In this document: piece after piece, positions 1 through 8,892 of the stretch
Numbering within the stretch: position 1 is the first letter of the stretch
Layout: every line of letters begins with the position of its first letter
Program-made: the position numbers and the translations under genes
Source: a virus
Virus genome (UHGV): UHGV-1369668
Length of the DNA: 39,121 nt
Reading direction: 5' to 3' (one strand)
Notes under the pieces: model-generated
What the model saw: only the letters and a program-made list of their open reading frames with translations
Told to the model about the DNA's origin: nothing
Databases searched by the model: none

Positions 1-1688
1 AAACTGTTGTTTACCTCTTTTAAGGCGTTAGCATTTGGCACCTTGTCAGCAAGCTCCGCCTCTGTTCCTGCGTTGATTTCTTCAAGAGTTAGTACAGATG
101 TATTCTTTACCACATCCGCCTCAAGAGTAGTTACTTTGTTGCTTAACGTATTAACAGATGTTGAAACATTGCTTATCTTTTCACTAACCTTAGTTGCTTC
201 CTTATCGCTCATATCAATGTCTGTTGCATACAGATTGATATTTACGCCGTTTTTTCCATTAACAACAGTCGGATTGCCCTGCTCACCCTTCTCGCCTTTT
301 TGTAATACAAAATCTAAGACTGCATTGGTGTTAGTTCCAGAGTTTGTCACAGAGGTATAATCGCCATTAGTTACCGAGCCAATTGATATTGTTGCAGAAG
401 CTCCTGTATCGCCTTTGTCACCTTTATCTCCTTTATCTCCTGTGCTACCTTTATCTCCCTTGTCACCTTTCTGCAATACGAAATCAAGGATTGCATTATT
501 GGCTGTTCCGCTATTAGTTACTGACGAGGTCGCTCCGCTGGTGACTGTACCTATGGAAACTGTTGCAGGTGTACCGGCTTCTCCCGTATCACCCTTGGGA
601 CCCGTTGCTCCTGTTGATCCTGTGTCTCCTTTATCGCCCTTATCTCCTTTATCTCCTTTTGCGCCCTGCAGCGAACCTAAGTTATCCCACTGCGATGTAT
701 CAACATTCCAATTATAAATAACATTAGATGCAGATGTACCAACTGCATAGGCATCACCTATTGCTCCTGTTGGATGAGCCGCCTTCAACTCATCAAGCGT
801 CGCATATAGTCCTCGAACAGTAAAAGAGGTTCCGTCATCTCCTTTGTCTCCTTTATCGCCCTTTGCACCTGTAGCACCGGTTGCTCCGGTATCTCCTTTT
901 TCTCCCTTATCGCCTTTAGGAAGTACAAAATTGAGAACTGCATTATTGCTTGAACCAACATTTGTAACACTTGGAGATGTACCAGATTTTACCGTACCGA
1001 CTTTTACAGTAGCGGCGGTTCCTGCGTCTCCCTTGTCTCCTTTGGGCAATACAAAGTTCAAAACTGCATTATTTGTAGTTCCGCTATTGGTTACGTTTGC
1101 AGCTTCGCCGCTTACTACATTTCCTACACTAACGGTTGCAGCCTCTCCTTTTTCACCTCTCGGAATACCAAAATTAAGTATTGCATCCGTCGTGCTACCA
1201 ACATTCTCGACATAAGCGGAATCGTTTTCTACAACATTCCCTATCATAATTGTTGCAGCTTCACCCTTATCTCCCTTTTCACCGGCGGGGACAGAAATAA
1301 ATGTCTTATTTTGCTGTGGATTGTCAGATATTATCACATTATCACTGAACTGAAGCCTTGCTCTTGCAGGATATTGTGTGCTTGCTCCATTTTCAATAAT
1401 ATGTCCACTTGAAGCTGTTGCTTCCCAAGTTACTCCGCCATCATTTGAAGTCTCAAGCTGTTTATCCTCATTAATTCTAATATTTGTGATTTCTTCGCTC
1501 GAAACCTTCTTATCAATAGACTTTGAATCAAGCTCATCTGAAAGCTTATTGAATTTAGGTATGATAACATCAGTAGCTAATTCATCGAATTTTTTCTGCA
1601 TTTCCTGAGTCGATAAATTCGGTGTATCAGCAAGTCCAACTACACCCTTATTGGCTGTATCTTCACTCGTTATTTTAGTAAATGCCAT
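1..1688 (-). CDS. Tail fibre protein with collagen-like Gly-X-Y repeats (N-terminal 562 codons; ORF runs off the window start)
   Basis: ATG at 1688 follows AAGGAG. The minus-strand translation begins MAFTKITSEDTANKGVV and then shows repeated GDKGDKGDTG / GEKGEAAT triplet blocks (about 395-480, 585-670, 835-930, 1250-1290), separated by similar beta-rich spacers (VTNSGT.NNA.L.FVL.KG). The plus-strand SPLSPL ORFs are its antisense. Confidence 0.8.
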   Translation of the reverse strand, partial: MAFTKITSEDTANKGVVGLADTPNLSTQEMQKKFDELATDVIIPKFNKLSDELDSKSIDKKVSSEEITNIRINEDKQLETSNDGGVTWEATASSGHIIENGASTQYPARARLQFSDNVIISDNPQQNKTFISVPAGEKGDKGEAATIMIGNVVENDSAYVENVGSTTDAILNFGIPRGEKGEAATVSVGNVVSGEAANVTNSGTTNNAVLNFVLPKGDKGDAGTAATVKVGTVKSGTSPSVTNVGSSNNAVLNFVLPKGDKGEKGDTGATGATGAKGDKGDKGDDGTSFTVRGLYATLDELKAAHPTGAIGDAYAVGTSASNVIYNWNVDTSQWDNLGSLQGAKGDKGDKGDKGDTGSTGATGPKGDTGEAGTPATVSIGTVTSGATSSVTNSGTANNAILDFVLQKGDKGDKGSTGDKGDKGDKGDTGASATISIGSVTNGDYTSVTNSGTNTNAVLDFVLQKGEKGEQGNPTVVNGKNGVNINLYATDIDMSDKEATKVSEKISNVSTSVNTLSNKVTTLEADVVKNTSVLTLEEINAGTEAELADKVPNANALKEVNNS

Positions 1689-1697
1689 ATTTTCTCC

Positions 1698-3566
1698 TTA
1701 TCCCTTGTAATTTCCGTTTTCTGTGTATTCCATCGCTATGTTATACAATGCAAATGGCTCATTCAATTCATCGTTTACAAGTCTTATCCTATACTTATCA
1801 ACCTTTTTAATCCTTACCTTTGTCCTTGAAACTTTCTGTGTTTTATTTCCGCTAAATGCTATTTTCGAGAATATTAAGTTTTGGAACGAAAAGTATCGAC
1901 CGAATGTATTGTCATACTTGATGAAATTCCAAAGTCCTCTATCCATGCCATATATTTTTACACTGGTTGCAATTGCTGCGCCAACGCGAATAGCAATATA
2001 TCTAAGAGTCTTGTTTTTATAGAACAAGGTACCGTCTATATCTGGTGTCTCCCACTGGCATACAATCCTCTCTCCATTATCGTTATATGAGCTAAGAGAC
2101 TCTTTATCGTTATAAAAACGGCATATCTTTCCGTCATTTGTACCAAAAAACAGTCTATTATCCTGCTCCCACATTGAATGAATCGGCAGGTTATTACAAT
2201 AAAAGGCAACATACTGTCTCGTTGCATACGGCTCTGATTTATCTGTCCTAATCGGTTGAAGTCCGTCAAGAATATACAATCTATCGTGTGCAACACTTAG
2301 TAGATACATATCATTGTAAATGCAAGCAAAACTACCAACTAAATCTTCGTATTTTTCATTAGTCAATTTTCCATTCAAGTAGAAACTTCTGCTCTGTGCG
2401 TACTTTTCGCCTGTTATATCCTGTGCAGTTACTGCATAAAGTCCGCTTCTCGTTAAAAATAAAGGCTCTGTGCATAAGTAAGCAAAACTATTAGTAGCTA
2501 TTGCTCCTGCTCCCTGCAAGGTATTTATTATTTTGAATGAAGGCTCATTATCAACCATATCTCCTTCACGCAAAATAATAGACAAGTCTTGTTCCATTTC
2601 ATCCTTGTGTGTAGCAAGATAGTTACTAATAATTGAATAGCCGACTATGGCACTTTTTGAACTTCCAAGCAATGAATACCCTGTGTCTGGGAAATATGTA
2701 CAGTCCCACTGTTGGCTATACCAGTCACTATTTGGATAATCAGGATTTCCGCTTATAAACAGTCTGTCAAAAGCTCCATTAACGCCAAATCTCGTACCAA
2801 ACTTGCACCTATTAATTCTGTCTGCGTATCCTTCGACTGTTCTGAATGCCTGTATCTTAACATTGTCCTCTCCTGTTAATGGGCTCTTTCCAGGTGCAGT
2901 TGTAAAATTAATGGTTCCCGCCGGTCTGTTTACAGTAAAATCAGTTCCCTCTTTCTTTTCAACCCAATTTGCATTTGAGTCAAGAAACCACACTTTAACC
3001 GGAGTATCGTCTAACTCACCAAATGTAAGCTGATAAGATGTACTTGTTCCGTCGCTCAAAAACAATTCAATAAAAGCAGGCTGAATCAAATTAAGAGCTT
3101 CATACTGTGTGCCACCACCACCAGGTGCTTTTGCAATGGTTATTGTTGGGATATATGCTACGCTCTCACAAGTGTGCAAACTTTCGCCATCATACTGTAG
3201 CATCTTTTTGCCGTCAATAATATAAAGGTTATCGTTAAACTGCCACGAACGAGATATTGCATCATTAGCACCTTCGTAAACAATATCATCACCCATATAC
3301 ATATTTGTTCCAACATGAACAATGGCCTTATCATCTCCGCGCCTTGTGTGATATCCGTTTATATTACCCTGCCCATAGTCTTTTATTACTTCATATCCCA
3401 TCCTTTTACGGACTTTTCCAGGTACATCTCTTATAAGATTTACTGCGTTTGGACTCTTGTTATCGTCAATATTGGCAGGAGAGTTGCTGAAATCGACTCC
3501 GAGAAAGTCATCTATTTTCATTATGCTTTTGCTTGGGCTCTTAGGTATGCTAAAATTTACCGCCAT
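1698..3566 (-). CDS. Virion/tail structural protein (622 aa; possibly tail tube/nozzle or baseplate-type)
   Basis: Large ORF lying between the head genes and the tail fibre. ATG at 3566 overlaps the upstream TAA by 1 nt; the track shows an alternative GTG at 3575. No motif recognised; the call rests on position. Confidence 0.45.
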   Translation of the reverse strand: MAVNFSIPKSPSKSIMKIDDFLGVDFSNSPANIDDNKSPNAVNLIRDVPGKVRKRMGYEVIKDYGQGNINGYHTRRGDDKAIVHVGTNMYMGDDIVYEGANDAISRSWQFNDNLYIIDGKKMLQYDGESLHTCESVAYIPTITIAKAPGGGGTQYEALNLIQPAFIELFLSDGTSTSYQLTFGELDDTPVKVWFLDSNANWVEKKEGTDFTVNRPAGTINFTTAPGKSPLTGEDNVKIQAFRTVEGYADRINRCKFGTRFGVNGAFDRLFISGNPDYPNSDWYSQQWDCTYFPDTGYSLLGSSKSAIVGYSIISNYLATHKDEMEQDLSIILREGDMVDNEPSFKIINTLQGAGAIATNSFAYLCTEPLFLTRSGLYAVTAQDITGEKYAQSRSFYLNGKLTNEKYEDLVGSFACIYNDMYLLSVAHDRLYILDGLQPIRTDKSEPYATRQYVAFYCNNLPIHSMWEQDNRLFFGTNDGKICRFYNDKESLSSYNDNGERIVCQWETPDIDGTLFYKNKTLRYIAIRVGAAIATSVKIYGMDRGLWNFIKYDNTFGRYFSFQNLIFSKIAFSGNKTQKVSRTKVRIKKVDKYRIRLVNDELNEPFALYNIAMEYTENGNYKG

Positions 3567-4486
3567 TAAATCCACCCACTTTCGCTCTTAATCTCTTCCG
3601 CCTTGCCGTTTATCGCAGTACTTTGTAATCTTTCAAACGCGACTTCAAACTCATTCCTGTACTGTGTGGCAATTGAGATATCATCCTCTTTATATAGCTG
3701 TGAAGCCATATAAAGCGGTAATATTGCAGCCACTTCTCTGTCAAGCGATAATTCATAGCTATCCTCTGTTCCACTTGTTATTGTTGGAGGTAGTGCATTG
3801 TAATACACTATGTAATTACCTGGGACTTCTCTATCGAGGGCAAGTACCTTATCACCCTCTTGGTAAACCTCATCCGTCTTAATATATCGTGTATTTTGAA
3901 TATCGCCTTCAAAGTAGATTGAATTAATCGAATGAAAATCATCAACAATATCCGGCATACGAAATCTGACTTTTTCACAATAATCCGGAACTAAGCCTGG
4001 CTCTGTAAATTTAGACCTGTATAACGCAATATTCTTTACTGAATATGGATATTCCGAATCGAATACTATAGTTACAGGAAGCTGTTTTTCATTGTTTATC
4101 AATCCCTTAAACGGCGTATACTTATTTATGCTATCGATATCAACAATTTCTACATAATCTCCTGCTGAAATTGTGGCAGTGCACTTTCCCGTAGCTTCAA
4201 AGTAATATGACCTAGCACGTTCTCCGCTAAATATCATTTCACCGCTTTCTTTCAGATGGATTTTTCCGCCAGTCTCTTTGCCTAAGATATTTGGTATAGG
4301 GTTAATTGAAATAGACACGCTCTTAACCAAAAACTTACCTGCCGTCGAAAGCATTAAAATACCTTCGTTTGCTACCTGTGGCATTGCAGCCAAGTAGTCC
4401 CTTGTACTGTCGTCTGTCGGGATAGTGCTTCCATTTGCACTAAACATTTTCTGTATGGTTGCTAATTTCAATTCTTCCCATGTCAT
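3566..4486 (-). CDS. Virion structural protein (306 aa; head-tail adaptor/tail candidate)
   Basis: Tightly coupled in the late operon downstream of the capsid gene and a 96-aa gene. Function assigned by synteny only. Confidence 0.4.
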   Translation of the reverse strand: MTWEELKLATIQKMFSANGSTIPTDDSTRDYLAAMPQVANEGILMLSTAGKFLVKSVSISINPIPNILGKETGGKIHLKESGEMIFSGERARSYYFEATGKCTATISAGDYVEIVDIDSINKYTPFKGLINNEKQLPVTIVFDSEYPYSVKNIALYRSKFTEPGLVPDYCEKVRFRMPDIVDDFHSINSIYFEGDIQNTRYIKTDEVYQEGDKVLALDREVPGNYIVYYNALPPTITSGTEDSYELSLDREVAAILPLYMASQLYKEDDISIATQYRNEFEVAFERLQSTAINGKAEEIKSESGWI

Positions 4487-4489
4487 AAT

Positions 4490-4780
4490 TTATAACTCCA
4501 ATTTTTCGATAATAGCCTTCTTAATAGCAGAACCGCTTGTCGCTTCAATTCCATATTCACTAGCCAACTTCTTTAATTCAGTAATTGTCATTCTATTAAT
4601 CTGTGTCTTAGTGTATTTCTTGATTTCTGCTTTTTCTTCCAAAAGCTCATCTTTTTCCACAAGCTTCTTGCATTCAACTCTCTTAGAAATATAATTACCG
4701 TCTTTTAATACGCGGATAATCTCATAAGTTGAACCGCAATCTCCAAATGTGTCACCTATTTTTAGATTCTTTGGTATCAT
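4490..4780 (-). CDS. Small protein with a C-terminal Rho-N/SAP-like domain (96 aa)
   Basis: The C-terminal TITELKKLASEYGIEATSGSAIKKAIIEKL resembles the Rho N-terminal/SAP helix-hairpin often found in small phage head-associated proteins. It lies directly after the capsid gene. Confidence 0.45.
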   Translation of the reverse strand: MIPKNLKIGDTFGDCGSTYEIIRVLKDGNYISKRVECKKLVEKDELLEEKAEIKKYTKTQINRMTITELKKLASEYGIEATSGSAIKKAIIEKLEL

Positions 4781-4795
4781 ATTATTCTCCTAAAA

Positions 4796-4830
4796 ATAAA
4801 AAGGGGCAGATCGCTCCACCCCTTTTTGCT
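4796..4830 (-). terminator. Rho-independent terminator after the capsid gene
   Basis: Minus strand reads GGGGTGGAGCGATCTGCCCC followed by TTTTTATTTTT, between the capsid stop (4837) and the next start (4780). Confidence 0.4.
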
Positions 4831-4836
4831 ATTCAC

Positions 4837-5838
4837 TTATGACAGTGTTGTACCTAAGTCAGCACCGCCAAGGATGACATGTCTCCAGTCAAAGAATCCG
4901 GCAGACATTCTTGCTCTACCAGACCAGTTAAGATTGAAGCTCTTCTCCTCTACCCAGTCCTTCATAGTAAGTGGGATTCTGTCAAAGAATACTGAACCTG
5001 AAAGCTCCTTATTAGCTTCACTCGACATGATAATATAAGGTGCCTTTCCCTCTGCAACCACCCATCTGTGATTTACTACCAGATTCCAGAGTCCCTTCTG
5101 AGTATTTACATCATTGTAATTTGAACCAACTGTAAGGTCTGACTTAATAATCTTTCTTACAGTATCCTCAAGCTCGGGGCAATTGCCGGGAATAACAATT
5201 GTATCAAATGTGTATCCCATAACATTGCCAGAGGCATTCTTAAAATTGCGACCGATATTAGCCAGTCTGTTAAGCATCTTAGAATCTGTTCCAAATCCAT
5301 TTGTAAATACATTGGACTGCTCAGCAACGCCCGACTTCTTTCCAAGATGATCTGTTGCGAAAAGTGCCTTTGCATCACCTGTGGTCTTATCAAGCGACTT
5401 ACCACCGAACATGAATGTTGAGCCCTCAGCTGTAAGTGCATCTGAAGCATACTGTGCGCGTGTTCTCTTGTAAGCTCTAACAAAGTTAGCTGCTGCTGTC
5501 TTCATTGTATCGATATCGCCGTCTTCATTCATTTCTGCTGTGCATACAAATGTCTTAATGAACTGCTTATGCTCAATAAGCTTTGAGAAGCCCTGCTGAA
5601 GCTCATCCTGAACACCGTTATCGCCTTCATCGACAATATCAAAATTAGCCATTTCTGTAAGACCGGTCATCTTCTCACCGAACTTATCTGACTTCTTAAT
5701 GTTAAACAGCGACTTAACCAGCTCATCATCATTATTCTTCTCGTTATCTGTATCCATGAGTACAGCTCTAACGACCTGGTCTGTTACCTTCCATAAATCA
5801 TCATTTAATCCACTCTTCTTTGAAAATACAATAGCCAT
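4837..5838 (-). CDS. Major capsid protein candidate (333 aa)
   Basis: Lies immediately downstream of an acidic coiled-coil (scaffold-like) gene and the portal gene. Followed by a terminator. No motif-level proof. Confidence 0.5.
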   Translation of the reverse strand: MAIVFSKKSGLNDDLWKVTDQVVRAVLMDTDNEKNNDDELVKSLFNIKKSDKFGEKMTGLTEMANFDIVDEGDNGVQDELQQGFSKLIEHKQFIKTFVCTAEMNEDGDIDTMKTAAANFVRAYKRTRAQYASDALTAEGSTFMFGGKSLDKTTGDAKALFATDHLGKKSGVAEQSNVFTNGFGTDSKMLNRLANIGRNFKNASGNVMGYTFDTIVIPGNCPELEDTVRKIIKSDLTVGSNYNDVNTQKGLWNLVVNHRWVVAEGKAPYIIMSSEANKELSGSVFFDRIPLTMKDWVEEKSFNLNWSGRARMSAGFFDWRHVILGGADLGTTLS

Positions 5839-5853
5839 GTTTTAATCTCCTTA

Positions 5854-6696
5854 TCATAAAATCTTGTTATACTTGGCCTTCAATTCCTTCATTGAACAAT
5901 CAGGGAAAGCCCTCTTCCACTGTGGCAACTCTTCACTAGGAATATCAACACCGCCATCATCACTATTGGAAATACCATTAGTCTGGTTTAGATGCTGTGT
6001 ATTCTTCATGCTATTTATAGTTGCCTGTTTTGCGCCTGCTGTCATTTGAGACACAAGCGCATCGTAATTGAACATCTTATAAGCATCAGCAAGACTCACA
6101 TTGTGGTCATTTACATACTGAATCATAGCGGCTGCATTATCCTTGTTAAGGATGTCATCAATGCTTTTAACCGAACTGTCAAGCTTCTGAATCTCTTTGA
6201 CATCATTCTCAAGACGATTCTGAATTTCAAGTTGTTTTGTTGCTTCAATAATCTGCTGTGCTTGTAAAATGGCAGGATTATTATTAATCTGCTTTTCGAT
6301 ATAGGAATTAAGCTCATCAGCGGTTACACTTCCGCTCTGCAAGCTCTGTTCCATTTGAAGCTTTTCCTGTGCATCTAAAGCATCAAAATAATCCTTCTGT
6401 GAACGTATAGGTTGTCCTGTAATCGGATTGATGTAGCCTGCAAATCTCCGCTCAAATGCTAAATCCGATTCTCTCTGCCTTTTAGCAAACTCCTGCTCCG
6501 CCCTACGTCTTGCGGCGGCATACTTGGCATTTTCTTCAGCACTCTGAATTTCTGCCTCACTGCCTTCTGCTAACTGCTGTCCTTCTGCTTCGATTGTTTC
6601 TGAACTATCTGTATTAATGTCAGTAGTAACAACTTCCGCTCCGGTTTCCTGAGTCTCAGCGACCGACTCATTGTTTACGCTTAAATCTGCACCCAT
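5854..6696 (-). CDS. Scaffolding protein candidate (acidic, coiled-coil rich)
   Basis: Glu/Gln/Ala-rich helical sequence (EAEGQQLAEGSEAEIQSAEENAKYAAARRRAEQEFAKRQRE...) between portal and capsid. Best start is ATG at 6696 with GGAAAGGAG upstream; the track ORF extends to 6753. Confidence 0.45.
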   Translation of the reverse strand: MGADLSVNNESVAETQETGAEVVTTDINTDSSETIEAEGQQLAEGSEAEIQSAEENAKYAAARRRAEQEFAKRQRESDLAFERRFAGYINPITGQPIRSQKDYFDALDAQEKLQMEQSLQSGSVTADELNSYIEKQINNNPAILQAQQIIEATKQLEIQNRLENDVKEIQKLDSSVKSIDDILNKDNAAAMIQYVNDHNVSLADAYKMFNYDALVSQMTAGAKQATINSMKNTQHLNQTNGISNSDDGGVDIPSEELPQWKRAFPDCSMKELKAKYNKIL

Positions 6697-6742
6697 ATTT
6701 CTCCTTTCCATTTTTCCGCTCTTGGTTGCGATTTTATATATT

Positions 6743-6766
6743 AAAAAAAGCACCCTTGTGGATGCT
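6743..6766 (-). terminator. Hairpin plus T-run between the portal and scaffold genes
   Basis: Minus strand reads AGCATCCACAAGGGTGCT followed by TTTTTTT. A second weaker hairpin (GTGCT...AGCAC) lies at about 6781-6803. Confidence 0.35.
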
Positions 6767-6833
6767 TAATTAACCAAAATGTGCTTTTTTTATCGGAGAG
6801 CACTAACTCCGTTATGGAGGTACAATAACCATG

Positions 6834-7022
6834 TCATTCTGACACAACGTTATCTATTGGATTTCTAACAGTACTTACTGTCTTGTTGTAATTACTGCAT
6901 TTCTTGCTCCTACAAGTAAGCTCCTGCTCAAGTACTAACTTGGGGTTGCCTTCATTATCCAACGAGACCTTGTAAGTCGAATTGGATATTGCCATTTCCA
7001 CCCTGCATAGCGGACACATCAT
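6834..7022 (-). CDS. Small zinc-ribbon protein (62 aa) overlapping the portal 3' end
   Basis: MMCPLCRVEMAI...CRSKKCSNY shows a CPxC...CxxxxC pattern. A strong RBS, GGAAGGAG, lies 6 nt upstream of ATG 7022. It overlaps the portal (stop at 6955) by about 68 nt in another frame. Confidence 0.45.
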   Translation of the reverse strand: MMCPLCRVEMAISNSTYKVSLDNEGNPKLVLEQELTCRSKKCSNYNKTVSTVRNPIDNVVSE

Positions 7023-8892
7023 TTTGCGCTCCTTCCTGCTCAGATATTCTAGCTTCAATACTGTCTTTTATTATTCCTGCATTGGGATATCCGTTTTTTT
7101 CCATAAGCTTCCAGTATAACAACGATGTCTGCAAATCTCCTACCGGTCCGAAAGCACCACTCTGTAACTTAAGGTCTATCTGTTGCCACATAGCCTCTCG
7201 ATTTGTCATTATTGTCGATGTAGGATTGGTTGTGAAAATAAATTCATCATTCCAATAATACTCTCCCGCGCTATCTCTCTTTAGGAACATGTATCTATCA
7301 AACGCCGAATATTCTTTGCTTCCATCTGTGTTTTCACTACTAATCGGCATAGGCTGGTCTGCATAAGCAAGTGCAAACTTAAACATCATTTCATAAAGCT
7401 TTGCGTATGCTGCATTTTTCATCACACGTTTACTTTCAAGCCTTCCTGCTGCCTGGTTAATCGAATACTGCTTAGCACTGCCCGAACGAGCCGACGCGTC
7501 ATATTTGCCCTGGAACGCATTTGTAATTCCGAGTGTTGACTGCGCAAAGCTGTAATTCTGAGAAAGCATTGATAAATCTTGAGATATATCAGCTTGTGTG
7601 GTTCTTACTCCAACCAAATTTGCGTTACTTTGGTCTACTCTAATAATCTTATATTCCTTGTCCGATGTCTCAACATCGGTATTCTTTGGAAGCTGAAGAT
7701 AAGAGCCACCCATAAGTATTTTTTCCTGTATTTTTGAACCTATTTTTGAGATTGCGTCCTGTTGGTCTCTTATGACATCAATGTCAGACGAGCCAAGGAA
7801 TTTATTGTAACGTGATACATTTTTGCGTTCTACAATAGGGAAAATATTAGGCTTATAATATGGCAATTTAACGTTTCTCGTCTTTGTTGTCATTATCGGC
7901 TTTCCGACCTCATTAAACATCGGTGCTCCGTTAGCATCGGTGAGTGGTACTTCTTCGTCGAATGTGGGTTCAAACGTTTCAGTAAACGTAACAACCTTTT
8001 CGTTAATGGTCTCGTAATCTTGCACTTCTTCGACAAACTTTTTACTTCCGCATTCGCATTTTTCACCCGTTTTCGGTTTTCCACACTTTTCACATACCTC
8101 TATTCTTCTCTTCTGATAGTCTTCCATATCTTCGAGAATATAATCGTCGCACCAAATAAATACACCTATGCCACCATTTTTATTGCGGTAGTATGCCTGT
8201 GTGACTGTGCCGATATCATCGCATTGCATTGCGTTTTCGGTTGTGAAGTTATGGTCTACATCAGCAAGTTCAACATCAACGCCGTACTTTCTCTTTATAA
8301 AGTCTTTCGTCATATTGTACTGGATAAAGAAGTAGTCCATTTTATCAAAGTCAACTACACCAGGCTGTGGAATAATCTGTCTTGGATGTCTCTCTGAGAT
8401 AACTATATCGCCATATGTTGTGTGTAGTCCCTTTGAACTATCCCATTCAACATGAAAGAAATCTGCTCCTTGTACATACGTTGTTCTTTCATTTTGGTCA
8501 TTAAGTATTTCCGCACCGAGTGTCTGAATCTCATTAGTTAAAAATGCTTCAATTACTTTGGCTGCTTCCTCGTCCTCTTTATGAATGGGTATTACTCTGG
8601 GACTTGGTATCGAACTATCAACCTGCGATTCAATAAGCTCATAGCAAATATTTCTCACATTAATTGCAAGCTTCTTTACGCCCGAATTACTGTTAGGATT
8701 TTTTTCAACCTTACGGCTTCCTTCATACAGCTCATCTCTACGGCTTATAAGCTCGAGCTCTGACTCATACGCAATCCTTGCCTTTTCAAATCTGTTTTTC
8801 CATCGGCTAAGTTTCTTCGCCTCTTCGGGATTGACTACTGTGTCAACTGCCTTCTTAATCATCTTTTTCAACCTCATTCGGGCTCTCCCCAT
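6955..8892 (-). CDS. Portal protein (645 aa) with an internal Cys4 zinc-ribbon insertion
   Basis: Immediately downstream of terL with a 19-nt overlap; size is typical of a portal. Contains CEKCGKPKTGEKCECGSKKF, encoded at about 8040-8100. Confidence 0.6.
   Translation of the reverse strand: MGRARMRLKKMIKKAVDTVVNPEEAKKLSRWKNRFEKARIAYESELELISRRDELYEGSRKVEKNPNSNSGVKKLAINVRNICYELIESQVDSSIPSPRVIPIHKEDEEAAKVIEAFLTNEIQTLGAEILNDQNERTTYVQGADFFHVEWDSSKGLHTTYGDIVISERHPRQIIPQPGVVDFDKMDYFFIQYNMTKDFIKRKYGVDVELADVDHNFTTENAMQCDDIGTVTQAYYRNKNGGIGVFIWCDDYILEDMEDYQKRRIEVCEKCGKPKTGEKCECGSKKFVEEVQDYETINEKVVTFTETFEPTFDEEVPLTDANGAPMFNEVGKPIMTTKTRNVKLPYYKPNIFPIVERKNVSRYNKFLGSSDIDVIRDQQDAISKIGSKIQEKILMGGSYLQLPKNTDVETSDKEYKIIRVDQSNANLVGVRTTQADISQDLSMLSQNYSFAQSTLGITNAFQGKYDASARSGSAKQYSINQAAGRLESKRVMKNAAYAKLYEMMFKFALAYADQPMPISSENTDGSKEYSAFDRYMFLKRDSAGEYYWNDEFIFTTNPTSTIMTNREAMWQQIDLKLQSGAFGPVGDLQTSLLYWKLMEKNGYPNAGIIKDSIEARISEQEGAQNDVSAMQGGNGNIQFDLQGLVG

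Noticed and set aside
7-1215. Plus-strand ORFs 7-360, 415-717 and 844-1215 with SPLSPLSP-type repeats
   Set aside because: They are antisense/out-of-frame readings of the collagen-like Gly-X-Y repeat of the minus-strand tail-fibre gene. They have no RBS, and the minus-strand frame gives a coherent fibre protein.
5157-5483. Minus-strand 108-aa ORF inside the capsid gene
   Set aside because: It lies wholly within the 333-aa capsid ORF in another frame, has no RBS and has an odd composition. Probably spurious.
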